Shown piece after piece: positions 1-10,189 of a stretch of 64,000 bases of DNA. Numbering within the stretch: the stretch's first letter is position 1; each line of letters starts with the position of its first letter. The DNA lies in NCBI GenBank assembly GCA_963745075.1, contig CAVUWV010000031.1:64001-128000 (forward strand). The letters are read 5' to 3'. This stretch comes from Candidatus Hydrogenedentota bacterium (GTDB taxonomy: Bacteria; Hydrogenedentota; Hydrogenedentia; Hydrogenedentales; SLHB01). Under the pieces are notes generated by a model, which was given only the letters and a program-made list of their open reading frames with translations, had not been told where the DNA came from and did not search any database. A program made the translations under genes and the position numbers.

Positions 1-488
1 CCTACGGCGTAGACGGGTCCCGGATCGTCGGACAACCGCGCCGCTGCAAATGCGAGATCGGTCGTCTCGCCGGAGTGATACAAGCGAGGCGCGCGATTCA
101 TCTCGCCGCCGCACCCGCGAAACTCCATGGAAACAGCGGTCCACCCGACGGCTTGGAACAACGCGTTCATTCCGAGCAGATACTTTGATTGGGCGTCCCC
201 CTCCAAGCCGTGCAACATGAGCACTGTGGGTTTCTCCGGAACGCCATCGCAGAAGTGCAGATTCAGGAAATCGTTGTCGGGGGTATTCCACGTGACTTTT
301 CGTGTCGCGGTGTTGGACGACCGTCGAAAACAGGGCGCGAAAACGGTTTGCAGGTGGCCGTTTTTGAGCCACCACGGTGGCCGGAATGGGTGCGACGCCA
401 GACGCGCGAGCACACGAGCCTTATCCTGTTCCGCGTGTGTATCGAGCGTTTGTCGATGGTCGTCAAGTTTGACATTTGGCTCTTTCAC
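1..488 (-). CDS. YheT-family alpha/beta hydrolase, N-terminal part (runs off the window)
   Basis: Not in the ORF track. Manual translation from GTG at 488 gives PFRPPWWLKNGHLQT...MLHGLEG...EFRGCGGEMNRAPRLYHSGET, typical YheT motifs. Confidence 0.85.
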   Translation of the reverse strand, partial: MKEPNVKLDDHRQTLDTHAEQDKARVLARLASHPFRPPWWLKNGHLQTVFAPCFRRSSNTATRKVTWNTPDNDFLNLHFCDGVPEKPTVLMLHGLEGDAQSKYLLGMNALFQAVGWTAVSMEFRGCGGEMNRAPRLYHSGETTDLAFAAARLSDDPGPVYAV

Positions 489-644
489 GTCAACAAACCT
501 ATCCTAAGTCGAAGCAAGAGAGATACTTCGTAGGGGCATTCGCGATTCAGTTCCAGATTGAATCTGGGTTGCCTGCACCTTTGCGCCTATCCTACAATGG
601 AAGCGAAACCTCACTCCAGTCTTGAACCACGGGAGGGCGTGGGA

Positions 645-983
645 ATGGGAATGTTCTGGAACGCCGATATGTCGCAGAGCGCTAATTTTACGGGAAACCC
701 GGCCAGTGACGACCGCCGCCAACAAATCCGCGAGTTGGAACACCAGGTCGCACGCCTACAACTGATGAACCAGGCACTATGGGAGTTGGTGCGTGAGCGC
801 GCGAAGCTCACTGACGCCGACTTGCAGCAGAAAGCCCAGGAAATCGACCTCCGGGACGGCGTTCAGGACGGAGAGATTACGAACACGGCGCTGAAATGCC
901 CATCCTGCGGGCGGGTTTCTTCATCGAAACATTGGAAGTGCCTGTACTGCGGGCTGGAATTCGAGAAACCCATCATGGGTTAA
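645..983 (+). CDS. Small hypothetical protein: coiled coil plus C-terminal zinc ribbon
   Basis: GGAGG RBS before ATG 645; CPSC...CLYC motif. Confidence 0.7.
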   Translation: MGMFWNADMSQSANFTGNPASDDRRQQIRELEHQVARLQLMNQALWELVRERAKLTDADLQQKAQEIDLRDGVQDGEITNTALKCPSCGRVSSSKHWKCLYCGLEFEKPIMG

Positions 984-995
984 CCCTTATAGGCG

Positions 996-1352
996 TCACA
1001 GGAGGGCGGTTTTCCAGGCTTCCTCGTTAAAGCCGACGAGCGCCACATCTTTCCCGAGGGCGAATGGGCGTTTGATGAGGTTGCCGTTCGCGGCCAATAG
1101 GGCAAGGGTCTCATCCACGGTCAGCGTTGGTAACCGGTCTTTCATGCCCATGATTTTGTAGTCGCCGCCGGAGGTGTTCAAGAGACTGCTAAGGTTCCCG
1201 GACCGCGCTTTGAGCATGCGGCGCAATTCCACGGGCGTGGGCGGTGTCTCCCGAATGGGGATCACCTCGTGGGGAATCCCGTGTTGTTCGAGGAACTTCA
1301 AGGCCTTGCGGCAGGTGCCGCAGTTCTTGTAGGCGTATACTTTGAGTTTCAT
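996..1352 (-). CDS. ArsC/Spx/YffB-family thioredoxin-fold protein
   Basis: YKNCGTCRKA and LIKRPF motifs; ATG at 1352. Confidence 0.85.
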   Translation of the reverse strand: MKLKVYAYKNCGTCRKALKFLEQHGIPHEVIPIRETPPTPVELRRMLKARSGNLSSLLNTSGGDYKIMGMKDRLPTLTVDETLALLAANGNLIKRPFALGKDVALVGFNEEAWKTALL

Positions 1353-1418
1353 GGCGGGGAAAAATAGCAACACCGGCGGGGCCGGTTCAAGAAACATTCA
1401 CCAGAATCGAGGGAATTG

Positions 1419-2741
1419 ATGGTTACGGAAAAAGAAGTACTGGAATCCATGCGGCACATTATCGACCCGGATTTGGGCAAGGACATTGTGTCGTTGGGCT
1501 TTATCAAGAATCTCAAGATTGACGGCGGCAATGTCTCGTTCAACGTGGAATTGACGACCCCGGCCTGCCCGGTAAAGGAATCGTTTCGCCAGAAATGCGC
1601 CGAAGCGGTTCAGGTGTTGCCTGGCGTATCTTCAGTCGACGTAAAGATGAGCGCGATGGAACGTAAGCCGCGTCCGGGGAGTGATATCAACACGTTGGAA
1701 AGCGTCGACGCCGTGATCGCCGTGTCGTCGTGCAAAGGCGGTGTTGGCAAGTCCACTGTCGCGGCGCATCTCGCCCGGGCGATGCAACGGGACGGGTTGG
1801 CCGTGGGGCTGCTGGATGCGGACGTGTACGGACCGTCCGTGCCGACGTTGTTCAACGCCTATCATCCCGCGGTGGGCATGGTGGACAACAAGATCCAACC
1901 GGTGACCCTGGACGGATTGAAAGTCATGTCGCTCGGCTTTCTGCTGGGCGAGTCCCCGGCGGTGTTACGGGGACCCATCGTCTCGAACTACATCACCCAA
2001 ATCCTTCACCAGACGGACTGGGGCAAGTTGGACTACCTCATCATCGACTTGCCGCCGGGAACGGGCGACATCCAGTTGACCATCGTGCAACAGGCGGCCC
2101 TGGACGGGGCCATCATCGTGACAACGCCCCAGGCGTTGTCGTTGGTGGACGTGGCCCGCGGCATTCTCATGTTCGAGAAGGTGAGCGTGCCCGTGCTGGG
2201 CGTAGTCGAAAACATGTGCTCGTTCACGTGCGACGACTGCGGCAAGGTCCACTACCCCTTCGGCCGCAGCCGCAGCTCGTTGCAGCAGCGGTTCGGCTTG
2301 GCGACCCTGGCGGAACTCCCAATTATGGACGGACTTTCCGATCTGTCTGGTAAGGACTCGGGCAAAGACATCAACGGTATGGCCGAGATGGCGGACCAGG
2401 TTCATCGCGCCGTTGGAAAGAGCCGCATCGAAGCGGCGGACCGTCCCGAAGTGGCTCTGGTGGGCGACACGATTCAGGTCAAGTGGAGTGATGGACACAC
2501 GGCCGGACTGTCCATGTACGACGTACGCTGTGCATGCCCCTGCGCGGTCTGCGTCGACGAGAATAGCGGCGAGAAACTGCTGGACCCGGAACAGGTTCCG
2601 CGCGATATCTCTGTCGAAAACATGCAGCAACTGGGCAACTACGCCGTGTCCTTCGCCTGGAGCGACGGCCATACGACCGGCATTTATTCATGGGATTACT
2701 TGCGGCAATTGGCCGAGGAAGGTTCGAAGGCGCAGGTATAG
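1419..2741 (+). CDS. apbC: Mrp/NBP35 (ApbC) Fe-S carrier ATPase with N-terminal DUF59 and C-terminal DUF971
   Basis: IIDPDLGKDIV and LTTPACP (DUF59); KGGVGKST; DLPPGTGD; VENM..C..C; C-terminal CPCAVC and GNYAV.FAWSDGH.TGIY (DUF971). Confidence 0.9.
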   Translation: MVTEKEVLESMRHIIDPDLGKDIVSLGFIKNLKIDGGNVSFNVELTTPACPVKESFRQKCAEAVQVLPGVSSVDVKMSAMERKPRPGSDINTLESVDAVIAVSSCKGGVGKSTVAAHLARAMQRDGLAVGLLDADVYGPSVPTLFNAYHPAVGMVDNKIQPVTLDGLKVMSLGFLLGESPAVLRGPIVSNYITQILHQTDWGKLDYLIIDLPPGTGDIQLTIVQQAALDGAIIVTTPQALSLVDVARGILMFEKVSVPVLGVVENMCSFTCDDCGKVHYPFGRSRSSLQQRFGLATLAELPIMDGLSDLSGKDSGKDINGMAEMADQVHRAVGKSRIEAADRPEVALVGDTIQVKWSDGHTAGLSMYDVRCACPCAVCVDENSGEKLLDPEQVPRDISVENMQQLGNYAVSFAWSDGHTTGIYSWDYLRQLAEEGSKAQV

Positions 2742-2742
2742 G

Positions 2743-3854
2743 TTAGGAACCGGAACGCTCGACCGGTAGCAGTTCATACCAGGAATCATCGAGTTCGAAT
2801 ACGATGCGGCCTTCCAGCTTAGCGAGATCGCTTAGTTTGGATTCTTTTATAACAAGTTGCTTCCATTCCGGCGAATCGCGTCGAATGCTTTTGAGCGATT
2901 CGTTTTCGTAGCCTCGTTGGATCCAGTCTCCGTTCTTCTTCTCGAAGACCCGGCCTGCTTCTTTCTGCTGTTCGGTTTCCGCCAGCGCGCGCATCGGCGC
3001 AAATCCCTGCGCTTCACCGGCCTCGGAAGCTCCTTTTTGCGTCGCCGCGTCTGATTCCTCGGCCGTCGCTCCGGTTTCGGGTGGCGCGCTCGCGACTCGT
3101 CTCGCCGTTGGTGGTTCAGCGGACGCCGCCGGGGGCTCGGATTGGGTTGCGGGCATTTCGCGCGACAGGTATCCCAGCGACTGCAATTTCTCGCCACGGT
3201 CCTTCCCGGTCGCTTCCTCGGCGGCTGGCGGATGCCCTGCGGTCGATTCATCACTTGCTATTTCGGACTTTGCCTTTTTCTCAGCCGGTTTCTCCAAGCG
3301 GGAGCTGCCGCTGGATACGGCGCCTGGACCAGGATAGGCCTCCGTATCCATCAAATCTTTCCCGGGCGCCGACTCGTCCGGGATGTTCCGAGTAACGCGC
3401 TGCGCCTGCTCGAAAGCAGGGGCCTCGTCCGTTGCATGGTTCTGTTGAGGATGCATCGATCCCGGCGCGGGTTCCATTGCCGATTCAGCCATGGTACTGG
3501 AAAGCTGCACGGAAGCGGACCTAGGATTCATCTGCACAACGACGACTGCGCCGACCACGATGAATACGGCGGCGGCGGCCAGCAAGGGCCACATGTTGTC
3601 CTACGCATGAATCGCGCGCGGGTGAACTGCAGCGTGTTCGGGCTGAGGGCGGACCGGACCCCGTCTTCGAATCCTTCGGGGGCCTTTTCGGGCGGCAGGT
3701 TGGCGTAAAGCTGGTCCACCCGTTTGAGGGCGTCCAGTTCGCGCAACAGTTCCGCGTCATCGGACAGGGCGGCTTCGACCTCGGCCCGTTCTTCGGGGCT
3801 GAGTTCACCGTCCAGCAGGGGCGAAAACCGCTCTCTGATTTCGTCGCGATCCAT
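2743..3854 (-). CDS. Anti-sigma factor (ASD, one TM helix, low-complexity periplasmic region), frameshifted near 3600
   Basis: LLDGELSPEERAEVE N-terminus directly downstream of the ECF sigma; TM segment WPLLAAAAVFIVV lies in another frame. Confidence 0.75.
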
Positions 3855-3877
3855 CGTATTACCTGAACTTCCGGGTT

Positions 3878-4480
3878 CTACAATATTTCCAGTTCGCGCA
3901 ACCGGTCGCGAAGCATCTGCCGCGCCTGGCTGAGCCGGGACTTCACGGTGCCGACGGGGCATCCCATGACGTCCGCGATCTCTTCATAACTCAAATCTTC
4001 GGTGGTCCGAAGGATAAACGCCATCCGGTAATTTTCGGGCAATTCCGTCAGGCATTGCTGCAACAACTCGGCCGTCTCCGCGCCGATGGCCTCGTCACTC
4101 GGCGTCGCAACTGCAGGAACGGCTGCGTCGGCCATACCGGGGGCCACGTCCTGGAGCGCTTCCAGCGAGGTGCCGCGATTGCGCCCTTTCCGGCCCATGT
4201 CGCGCAGACGGTTCCGGGCGAGGTTGGCCGCGATACTGTAAAGCCACGTATAGACTTGTGCGGTACCGCGAAAATCGCCGATCCCGCGATAGGCCCGCAC
4301 GAAAACCTCCTGGCTCAAATCGAGCGCGTCTTCCCGGTTTCCGACGAACCGGTATACGACTGCATACACGCGATCCTTGTACCGGCGGACGATTTCGTCG
4401 AAGGCGGACGAATCGCCTTTCCGGCATTGGTCAACCAACCCGGCGTCGGAGTGGCCACGGGCTTCTTTCAGCAGAACCAC
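3878..4480 (-). CDS. ECF sigma-70 factor (RpoE/SigW-like)
   Basis: Region 2 (DALDLSQEVFVRAY...TWLYSIA.N) and region 4 (LSYEEIADVMGCPVGTVKSRLSQAR). Confidence 0.93.
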   Translation of the reverse strand: MVLLKEARGHSDAGLVDQCRKGDSSAFDEIVRRYKDRVYAVVYRFVGNREDALDLSQEVFVRAYRGIGDFRGTAQVYTWLYSIAANLARNRLRDMGRKGRNRGTSLEALQDVAPGMADAAVPAVATPSDEAIGAETAELLQQCLTELPENYRMAFILRTTEDLSYEEIADVMGCPVGTVKSRLSQARQMLRDRLRELEIL

Positions 4481-4534
4481 CGGTCGTTTTCGCTCCAGCG
4501 CCGGCGAGCGGCGCTTGTGTCCAATGCCAATCCT

Positions 4535-4561
4535 TTAGACACCCTGGGTGCGTGGAAGTTC
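4535..4561 (-). promoter_or_regulatory. Sigma-E-type promoter upstream of the ECF gene
   Basis: Minus strand reads GAACTT-N16-TCTAA, matching the RpoE/AlgU consensus. Confidence 0.65.
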
Positions 4562-4835
4562 GATGGCGCCATCAGGGTCGCCCTTAGTTTATCACGACAT
4601 CGGTAACGCGCAGGGCTTACGCATCTTAATTATGCAAAATATGCCACTTTCCGGAATTCGCGGTCAGTTTATCACCCGATTACGATGACGTTCTTTGCTG
4701 CGTTTAGTGAAGTACAGGCCGTATTGCCGGGAAATTTCGATGCGTAAGCCCTGGTAATGTGCGTAAGGTGTTGCGACTCTGATACGGTAGTGGCAAGGTT
4801 TCCGGCCCGATTGTTGATTGAGGAGCCTATATCCC

Positions 4836-5975
4836 ATGTCCCCGGATGACGAACATCACTCCGCGACCCAGCATAGCCGCACGCCGCCGGGCGCGCTGCC
4901 GGGGACGCTTATCGTCGATCCGGATTCGCCCATGCCGGCCATTACGGTATTCGGGTACGGTCCGAAGGGATACGAAGAAAAACAAGTCGAGGGTCCGCAA
5001 GATATCCCCGCGTTTCTGGAAGCCTGGCCGATGGTCTGGATAAACGTGGACGGACTGGGCGACCGGGACGTGCTGCAACAACTGGGCACCATGTTTGAGT
5101 TGCACCGGCTGGCGCTGGAAGACGTGGTGAGCGTCCACCAGCGGCCCAAGGTGGACCAGTACGACGACCAACTTTTTTTTGTCGCGCGCATGGTTTACCA
5201 GAACGAAGAGGTCATCACGGAACAGCTCAGCATGTTTCTTGGCGACAATTATCTGCTCACGTTCCAGGAGGGGGAGGAAGGCGATTGCTTTGAACCGGTG
5301 CGCGACCGCATCCGAAAGGGCTACGGCCGCGTGCGCAATAACGGGGTGGATTTCCTGGCGTACTGCCTGATCGACGCCCTTGTGGACGTTTACTTCCCGA
5401 TCATCGAGACGTATGGCGATCATCTGGAAATGTTGGAGGATCAGGTGCTCGAGTCGCCAACCGCCGTAATGGTCGCGGAGATTCACCAATCACGCCGCGA
5501 TCTGCTTGTGCTGCGCCGGGCCATCTGGCCTATGCGCGAGGCCATCAACGCCATCCTGCGCGACCGGGACTCGAATTTTACGCAGGAAACCCGCGTGTAC
5601 CTTCGCGATTGCTACGACCACACGATTCAGATTCTCGATCTGGTGGAGGCGTACCGGGAATTGGTGTCCGACCTGATGGACGTGTATCTTTCGTCGCTAA
5701 GCACGAAGCTGAACGAAGTCATGCGGGTACTCACGGTTATCGCGACAATCTTCATTCCACTAACGTTTGTCACCAGCCTATACGGCATGAATTTCAACAC
5801 GAAAACGTCGCCGTGGAACATGCCGGAGTTGGACTGGTTCTTCGGCTACCCGATGGTGCTGCTCATCATGGCGGCGATGGCCATCGGGCAATTGTATTTC
5901 TTCTGGCGCCGGGGCTGGCTCGGCACGACGTTGGAAGAGCGCGAAAAAGCCAAGGAAAGGCGCGAGGAGAAGTAG
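4836..5975 (+). CDS. corA: Magnesium/cobalt transporter CorA
   Basis: HRLALEDVV...QRPKVD; YGMNF signature; MPELDW; two C-terminal TM helices. Confidence 0.95.
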   Translation: MSPDDEHHSATQHSRTPPGALPGTLIVDPDSPMPAITVFGYGPKGYEEKQVEGPQDIPAFLEAWPMVWINVDGLGDRDVLQQLGTMFELHRLALEDVVSVHQRPKVDQYDDQLFFVARMVYQNEEVITEQLSMFLGDNYLLTFQEGEEGDCFEPVRDRIRKGYGRVRNNGVDFLAYCLIDALVDVYFPIIETYGDHLEMLEDQVLESPTAVMVAEIHQSRRDLLVLRRAIWPMREAINAILRDRDSNFTQETRVYLRDCYDHTIQILDLVEAYRELVSDLMDVYLSSLSTKLNEVMRVLTVIATIFIPLTFVTSLYGMNFNTKTSPWNMPELDWFFGYPMVLLIMAAMAIGQLYFFWRRGWLGTTLEEREKAKERREEK

Positions 5976-6113
5976 GCCCAACGAAGATTCTCCGTGGGGT
6001 ATCGGGGATGTTCGAGGGACCGCAGGGACATGTGCCGGCGAGAAGCGTCTCGAGATCGTGGCCAATCCTGGACGTTGCAACCGGGCATGGTACCGAGGTC
6101 AGGAGGAAAACCA

Positions 6114-7499
6114 TTGCGCACAATCCTATCGTTCGCGTTGTTAATCGCGCCGATTGCCGTTGCGGAGCCCCTGACGGTCGGCACGGCGGTGGTGGACATC
6201 ACGCCGCCCGTCGGCTACCGGATGAGCGGCTACTTCTACGAACGGTTAAGCACCGGCGTGCACGATCCGTTGCACGCGCGCGCGTTGGCCTTCGCGCAAG
6301 GAGACGAGCGAGGCGCCATCGTCCTGTGCGAACTGGTCGGTGTGCCAGCGGAAGCGACGCGTCCCGCGCGCGAGGAAGCTTCGAGGCGAACGGGCATTCC
6401 AGCCGCGAATATATTGATTGCGGCGACCCATTCTCACACCGGGCCGGCGTATTTTGGTGCGCGTTTCGCCTACTTCAAGGAACAGGCCATCGCGGAACAC
6501 AACGCCGATCCCCACGAAGCGACTTCGTATCTCGAAACGTTGACCGGCGATCTGGTGCGCGTCATCGAGGAAGCGGTTGCGCATCGAGTTCCCGTATCGC
6601 TCCGCGCGGGGGGCGCCACGCAAGAAGGATTGGCATTCAACCGGCGGTTTCACATGAAGGATGGCAGCGTCCGTTTCAATCCGGGCAAGCAGAATCCTGA
6701 AATTGTGGAGCCGGCGGGTCCGACGGATCCATCGGTACCCGTGATCCTGTTTGAACCGTTGGAGGATAGCGTTCCGCCTACCCTGTTGACGTCCTTTGCG
6801 ATGCACCTGGACACGGTGGGCGGCACGGAATACTCGGCGGACTATCCCTACTACATGGGAAACGTGTTGCATCAGAAGTACGAGGACCTCGTTCCGATCT
6901 TCGCCATCGGACCTGCGGGCGACATCAACCACGTCGATGTCAGCACCAAGGCGCCACAGAAAGGACACGAGGAAGCGGAGCGCATCGGCAACACGCTGGG
7001 CGCGACCGTCTTAAAGGCATTGGAGTCGCTCCCACGCGTGGATGTTCCGTCGTTCGCGGTTCGCACCGAATCGGTGACGCTTCCCCTCCAGTACTACTCG
7101 GCGGAAGACGTGGCCTATGCGATGGCCAACCGGGACATGATTGCCGATAGCGAGGTTCCATTCCTGGAACGCGTGCGGCTGTACAAAATCGTCGATCTTC
7201 AGATGCGCGGCGGGGACTCGATCGCCGTTGACGTCCAGGCGTTCCGGCTGGGGCCGGACGTCGCCGTCGTAGGCCTTCCGGGCGAGATTTTCGTGAACCT
7301 CGGTTTGGCTATTACGAGGGCCTCTCCCTTCAAGACCACGCTGATCATCGAGCTGGCCAACGATTACGCGGGCTACGTTCCCACGCGCAAGGCCTTTGAA
7401 GAAGGCAGTTACGAAACAGTGAATTCGCGCGTGCAACCGGGCGGCGGCGAAGCCTTAGTGGACGCCGCGGTGCGGCAATTGAAGGCCTTGGCGGAGTAG
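6114..7499 (+). CDS. Secreted neutral/alkaline-ceramidase-like hydrolase
   Basis: AGGAGG then TTG 6114; signal peptide; DITPP, HDPLHARAL, ATHSHTGP, LPGEIF, GYVP motifs. Confidence 0.75.
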   Translation: MRTILSFALLIAPIAVAEPLTVGTAVVDITPPVGYRMSGYFYERLSTGVHDPLHARALAFAQGDERGAIVLCELVGVPAEATRPAREEASRRTGIPAANILIAATHSHTGPAYFGARFAYFKEQAIAEHNADPHEATSYLETLTGDLVRVIEEAVAHRVPVSLRAGGATQEGLAFNRRFHMKDGSVRFNPGKQNPEIVEPAGPTDPSVPVILFEPLEDSVPPTLLTSFAMHLDTVGGTEYSADYPYYMGNVLHQKYEDLVPIFAIGPAGDINHVDVSTKAPQKGHEEAERIGNTLGATVLKALESLPRVDVPSFAVRTESVTLPLQYYSAEDVAYAMANRDMIADSEVPFLERVRLYKIVDLQMRGGDSIAVDVQAFRLGPDVAVVGLPGEIFVNLGLAITRASPFKTTLIIELANDYAGYVPTRKAFEEGSYETVNSRVQPGGGEALVDAAVRQLKALAE

Positions 7500-7575
7500 C
7501 GCCGTCTGCCATAGAGTCTTTATCGACAACTGCTAACCGATTGTCGCGTAATCACGCCGAAGGAAGGGTCGGATT

Positions 7576-7647
7576 GTAGCGCAGGCGTCTCGCTTGCCTT
7601 GTATTCAGGTTAATCCAGTGACCTTACAGGCGAGACGCCTGCGCCAC
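7576..7647. repeat. GTAG-type REP-like inverted repeat pair
   Basis: GTAGCGCAGGCGTCTCGCTTG (7576-7596) vs CAGGCGAGACGCCTGCGCCAC (7627-7647), 2 mismatches in 21; between convergent genes. Confidence 0.75.
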
Positions 7648-7661
7648 ATTCATGGAAATGC

Positions 7662-8771
7662 TTAGATAAAGCTCAATCCGTAGCGAAGACTCGGCGCCGG
7701 GAAGAGCTTCGCGAAGACGCCGGAAGGGCGGTTGCGTTCGTGGTGTCCGAATACAAACTCTTCCGCGGACATGAGATCGTCCAGTTCGGCGGATTCGTCG
7801 CCACACGTGAACACGAATCGTCCTTCCTCCGTGAGCACGGCGAGGCTGCGAGCCGCTTCCGGCCCCGCAGTCGTTTCAAACCAGGGACGCAACCGGTCCA
7901 GCAACTGGCGGAAATTCAAGACGAGCAGGGTTCCGGAAGTGTGAATCGGTTCGAGGGACGCCCTGGCCCGATTGAGGTGTTCGAGCAAAATCGGATCGGT
8001 ACCCTGAACCGTCAGTTGCAGGGTTTTCGCGTCGTGGCGCTCCATGACCTGCGCGAGAGCGCCCAGAACAAGGATTGCATCGCCCGCATACTCCATCACC
8101 CGGCAGCGCCAATCTTGCTGCGACACCCGGCAGATGATGTAGCCGCAGGGCCTCCCGGCGTACGTTATGGTCAAGAAATCAACGTCGTAGGTCTGACAGA
8201 TCCGGGACTGGATTGCGCTGGCCCAATCCAGCGTCGGACGAATGTAGTAGGCGACCTTCTGCTGGTAAGCGGCGGTCCACACTCGTAAGTCGCCATCTTC
8301 AAAAGGACGAATGGCAACGTCCGCTATCGTAAGTCCGTCAGCGACAGCACGTTCGACCGTCGCTCGGAAGTCCAGCCCGACATCCGCCGCACCCATGCGG
8401 CGGTAGAGGCCGCGTCCGCCGGAAATCATGAAGAAGTCGACGCCGCCTGCCGTCGCCTCGGCGCAAGCTTGGGCCAAGAGTCGGCTGGCCAGCGCTTTAC
8501 CGCGATGGGTCTCATCTGTGGCCACGGCGCCGACCAAACCCACCCGCAGCGTACACCCGCCCAGACTGGCCCAGCGTTCGGTCCGGCCCACGTGACTGAC
8601 GATGCGGTCGCCATCGGAAAAGACGAGCAAGTTGTCCACGTTCTGTTCGTTGAACAGGGTGGAAAAGGCCTGGTGCATCGACCCGGGGGCACCGTCCATA
8701 AACACGTCGTCGACAAGATCGTCGAGCGCGGGCAGTTCGTGGGGCTCCAAGTGGCGCGGTCCATCCAGCAT
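7662..8771 (-). CDS. GNAT acetyltransferase (Eis-like)
   Basis: VGAVATDETHRGKALASRLL acetyl-CoA motif; GLYRRMG; RBS before ATG 8771. Confidence 0.8.
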   Translation of the reverse strand: MLDGPRHLEPHELPALDDLVDDVFMDGAPGSMHQAFSTLFNEQNVDNLLVFSDGDRIVSHVGRTERWASLGGCTLRVGLVGAVATDETHRGKALASRLLAQACAEATAGGVDFFMISGGRGLYRRMGAADVGLDFRATVERAVADGLTIADVAIRPFEDGDLRVWTAAYQQKVAYYIRPTLDWASAIQSRICQTYDVDFLTITYAGRPCGYIICRVSQQDWRCRVMEYAGDAILVLGALAQVMERHDAKTLQLTVQGTDPILLEHLNRARASLEPIHTSGTLLVLNFRQLLDRLRPWFETTAGPEAARSLAVLTEEGRFVFTCGDESAELDDLMSAEEFVFGHHERNRPSGVFAKLFPAPSLRYGLSFI

Positions 8772-8968
8772 CAGGGGCCTCTCCTTTCCAGCGTCTGAGT
8801 GCAGCGCAACGCAGGGAACAAACACCCTGTATTCATACGATTGATTCGATACGCCCTACAGCAATTCATCGTTGTCATTATCCCCCTCTTGGACTACAAT
8901 ATGCTTAGGTTACACAAAACCATTTTTCGGCGTCGACGTGGCAGCGACGCAACGTGGGGGGTACCACC

Positions 8969-10120
8969 ATGCACAAGAATCTTATCGGAATTCTATCACT
9001 TCTTGTTGCGATCTCGATTATCGCGGGTTGTCCTCGTGGACACAGAACCAGTCCGCGATACACCGTAACCGACCTCGGCACCTTGGGCGGCAATCTCAGC
9101 AATGGGTTGGCGGTGAACGACCAGGGCCAAGTGGTCGGTTTGTCAAAGGACGCATCGGGGTTCACGCTGGGCTTCGTGTGGGATGAAGCGACCGGGATTC
9201 ATTCGGTCGGGGCCCTTGGATCCAGGAGTGAGGCCTGGGACATTAATGAATACGGCCAAGTCGTCGGGGAATCCGTAATCTCCGGGGGCGACAGTCATGC
9301 TTTTCTCTGGACGCCGGACACGATGAACGGCACGACCGGCGCCATGGTGGACCTCGGCACGTTGGGCGGCCCGGGCTCCGGGTCGTGGCAAATCAACGAT
9401 ATGGGGCAAGTGACCGGCTGGGCGGATATCCCGACATGGTGGCGGCCGTTTCTGTGGACGCCGACCAGCCCGAACGGCAGTTCAGGGACCATGGCGGACT
9501 TGGGCACACTCGGCGGACCGTATGGGGAAACATACGCCATCAACGCGATGGGGCAAACGGCGGGAAAATCGCTCGAACCCGACCATAACTATACGCGCGC
9601 CACGCTATGGACCCCGGATACCGCGAACGGTGACACTGGAATGTTGGACGACATCGGGACGCTGGGCGGCAACACGGCGGAAGCCCGCGACATCAACGCC
9701 TCGGGTGAGGTCGTCGGGAAATCGGCCTTGGAGGGGGACGCGGAGGAGCACGCGTTCAAGTGGACGCCGGACGCGCCGAACGGCTACGTGGGCGCCATGG
9801 TAGATCTGGGAACCCTTGGGGGGGACACCAGTTACGCCTACGGCATAAACGACCAGGGAGAGGCTGTGGGACAGTCTACGTATGCGGATGCCAGCGAAGG
9901 CGCGTTCTTGTGGGATTCCACCCGGGGAATGGTGGACCTGAATGCGTATCTCGTGGGCAGGGACCGATACGATTCCGAGACCGGCATGGGATGGCAGATT
10001 TCCATCGCGCGGGACATCAATTGCGACGGGTGGATCGTCGGGACCGGCACCTTGAATGACGGTGAACCGCATGCCGTGTTACTGCGGCCCGCCGGACACT
10101 GCGTCACGTGCGCTGATTGA
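8969..10120 (+). CDS. Lipoprotein with HAF-family extracellular repeats (beta-propeller)
   Basis: Lipobox IIAGC; repeated DLGTLGG / IN..GQVVG / HAFLW. Confidence 0.85.
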   Translation: MHKNLIGILSLLVAISIIAGCPRGHRTSPRYTVTDLGTLGGNLSNGLAVNDQGQVVGLSKDASGFTLGFVWDEATGIHSVGALGSRSEAWDINEYGQVVGESVISGGDSHAFLWTPDTMNGTTGAMVDLGTLGGPGSGSWQINDMGQVTGWADIPTWWRPFLWTPTSPNGSSGTMADLGTLGGPYGETYAINAMGQTAGKSLEPDHNYTRATLWTPDTANGDTGMLDDIGTLGGNTAEARDINASGEVVGKSALEGDAEEHAFKWTPDAPNGYVGAMVDLGTLGGDTSYAYGINDQGEAVGQSTYADASEGAFLWDSTRGMVDLNAYLVGRDRYDSETGMGWQISIARDINCDGWIVGTGTLNDGEPHAVLLRPAGHCVTCAD

Positions 10121-10189
10121 TCCGCAGCGTGTAACGTCTGGATGATTTGCCGTTTACCGGCATCGGGCGGGAATTGTGGGTGTCCGGCG

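Noticed and set aside
127..533. Plus-strand ORFs at the window start
   Set aside because: The real gene is the minus-strand YheT-like hydrolase.
4586..4675. AGTTTATCAC repeated 80 bp apart as possible DnaA boxes
   Set aside because: Does not match TTATCCACA; only two copies and no origin context.
9060..9960. Recurring GACCTCGGCAC/TTGGGCGG-like DNA repeats
   Set aside because: Explained by the DLGTLGG protein repeats of the HAF-family gene.
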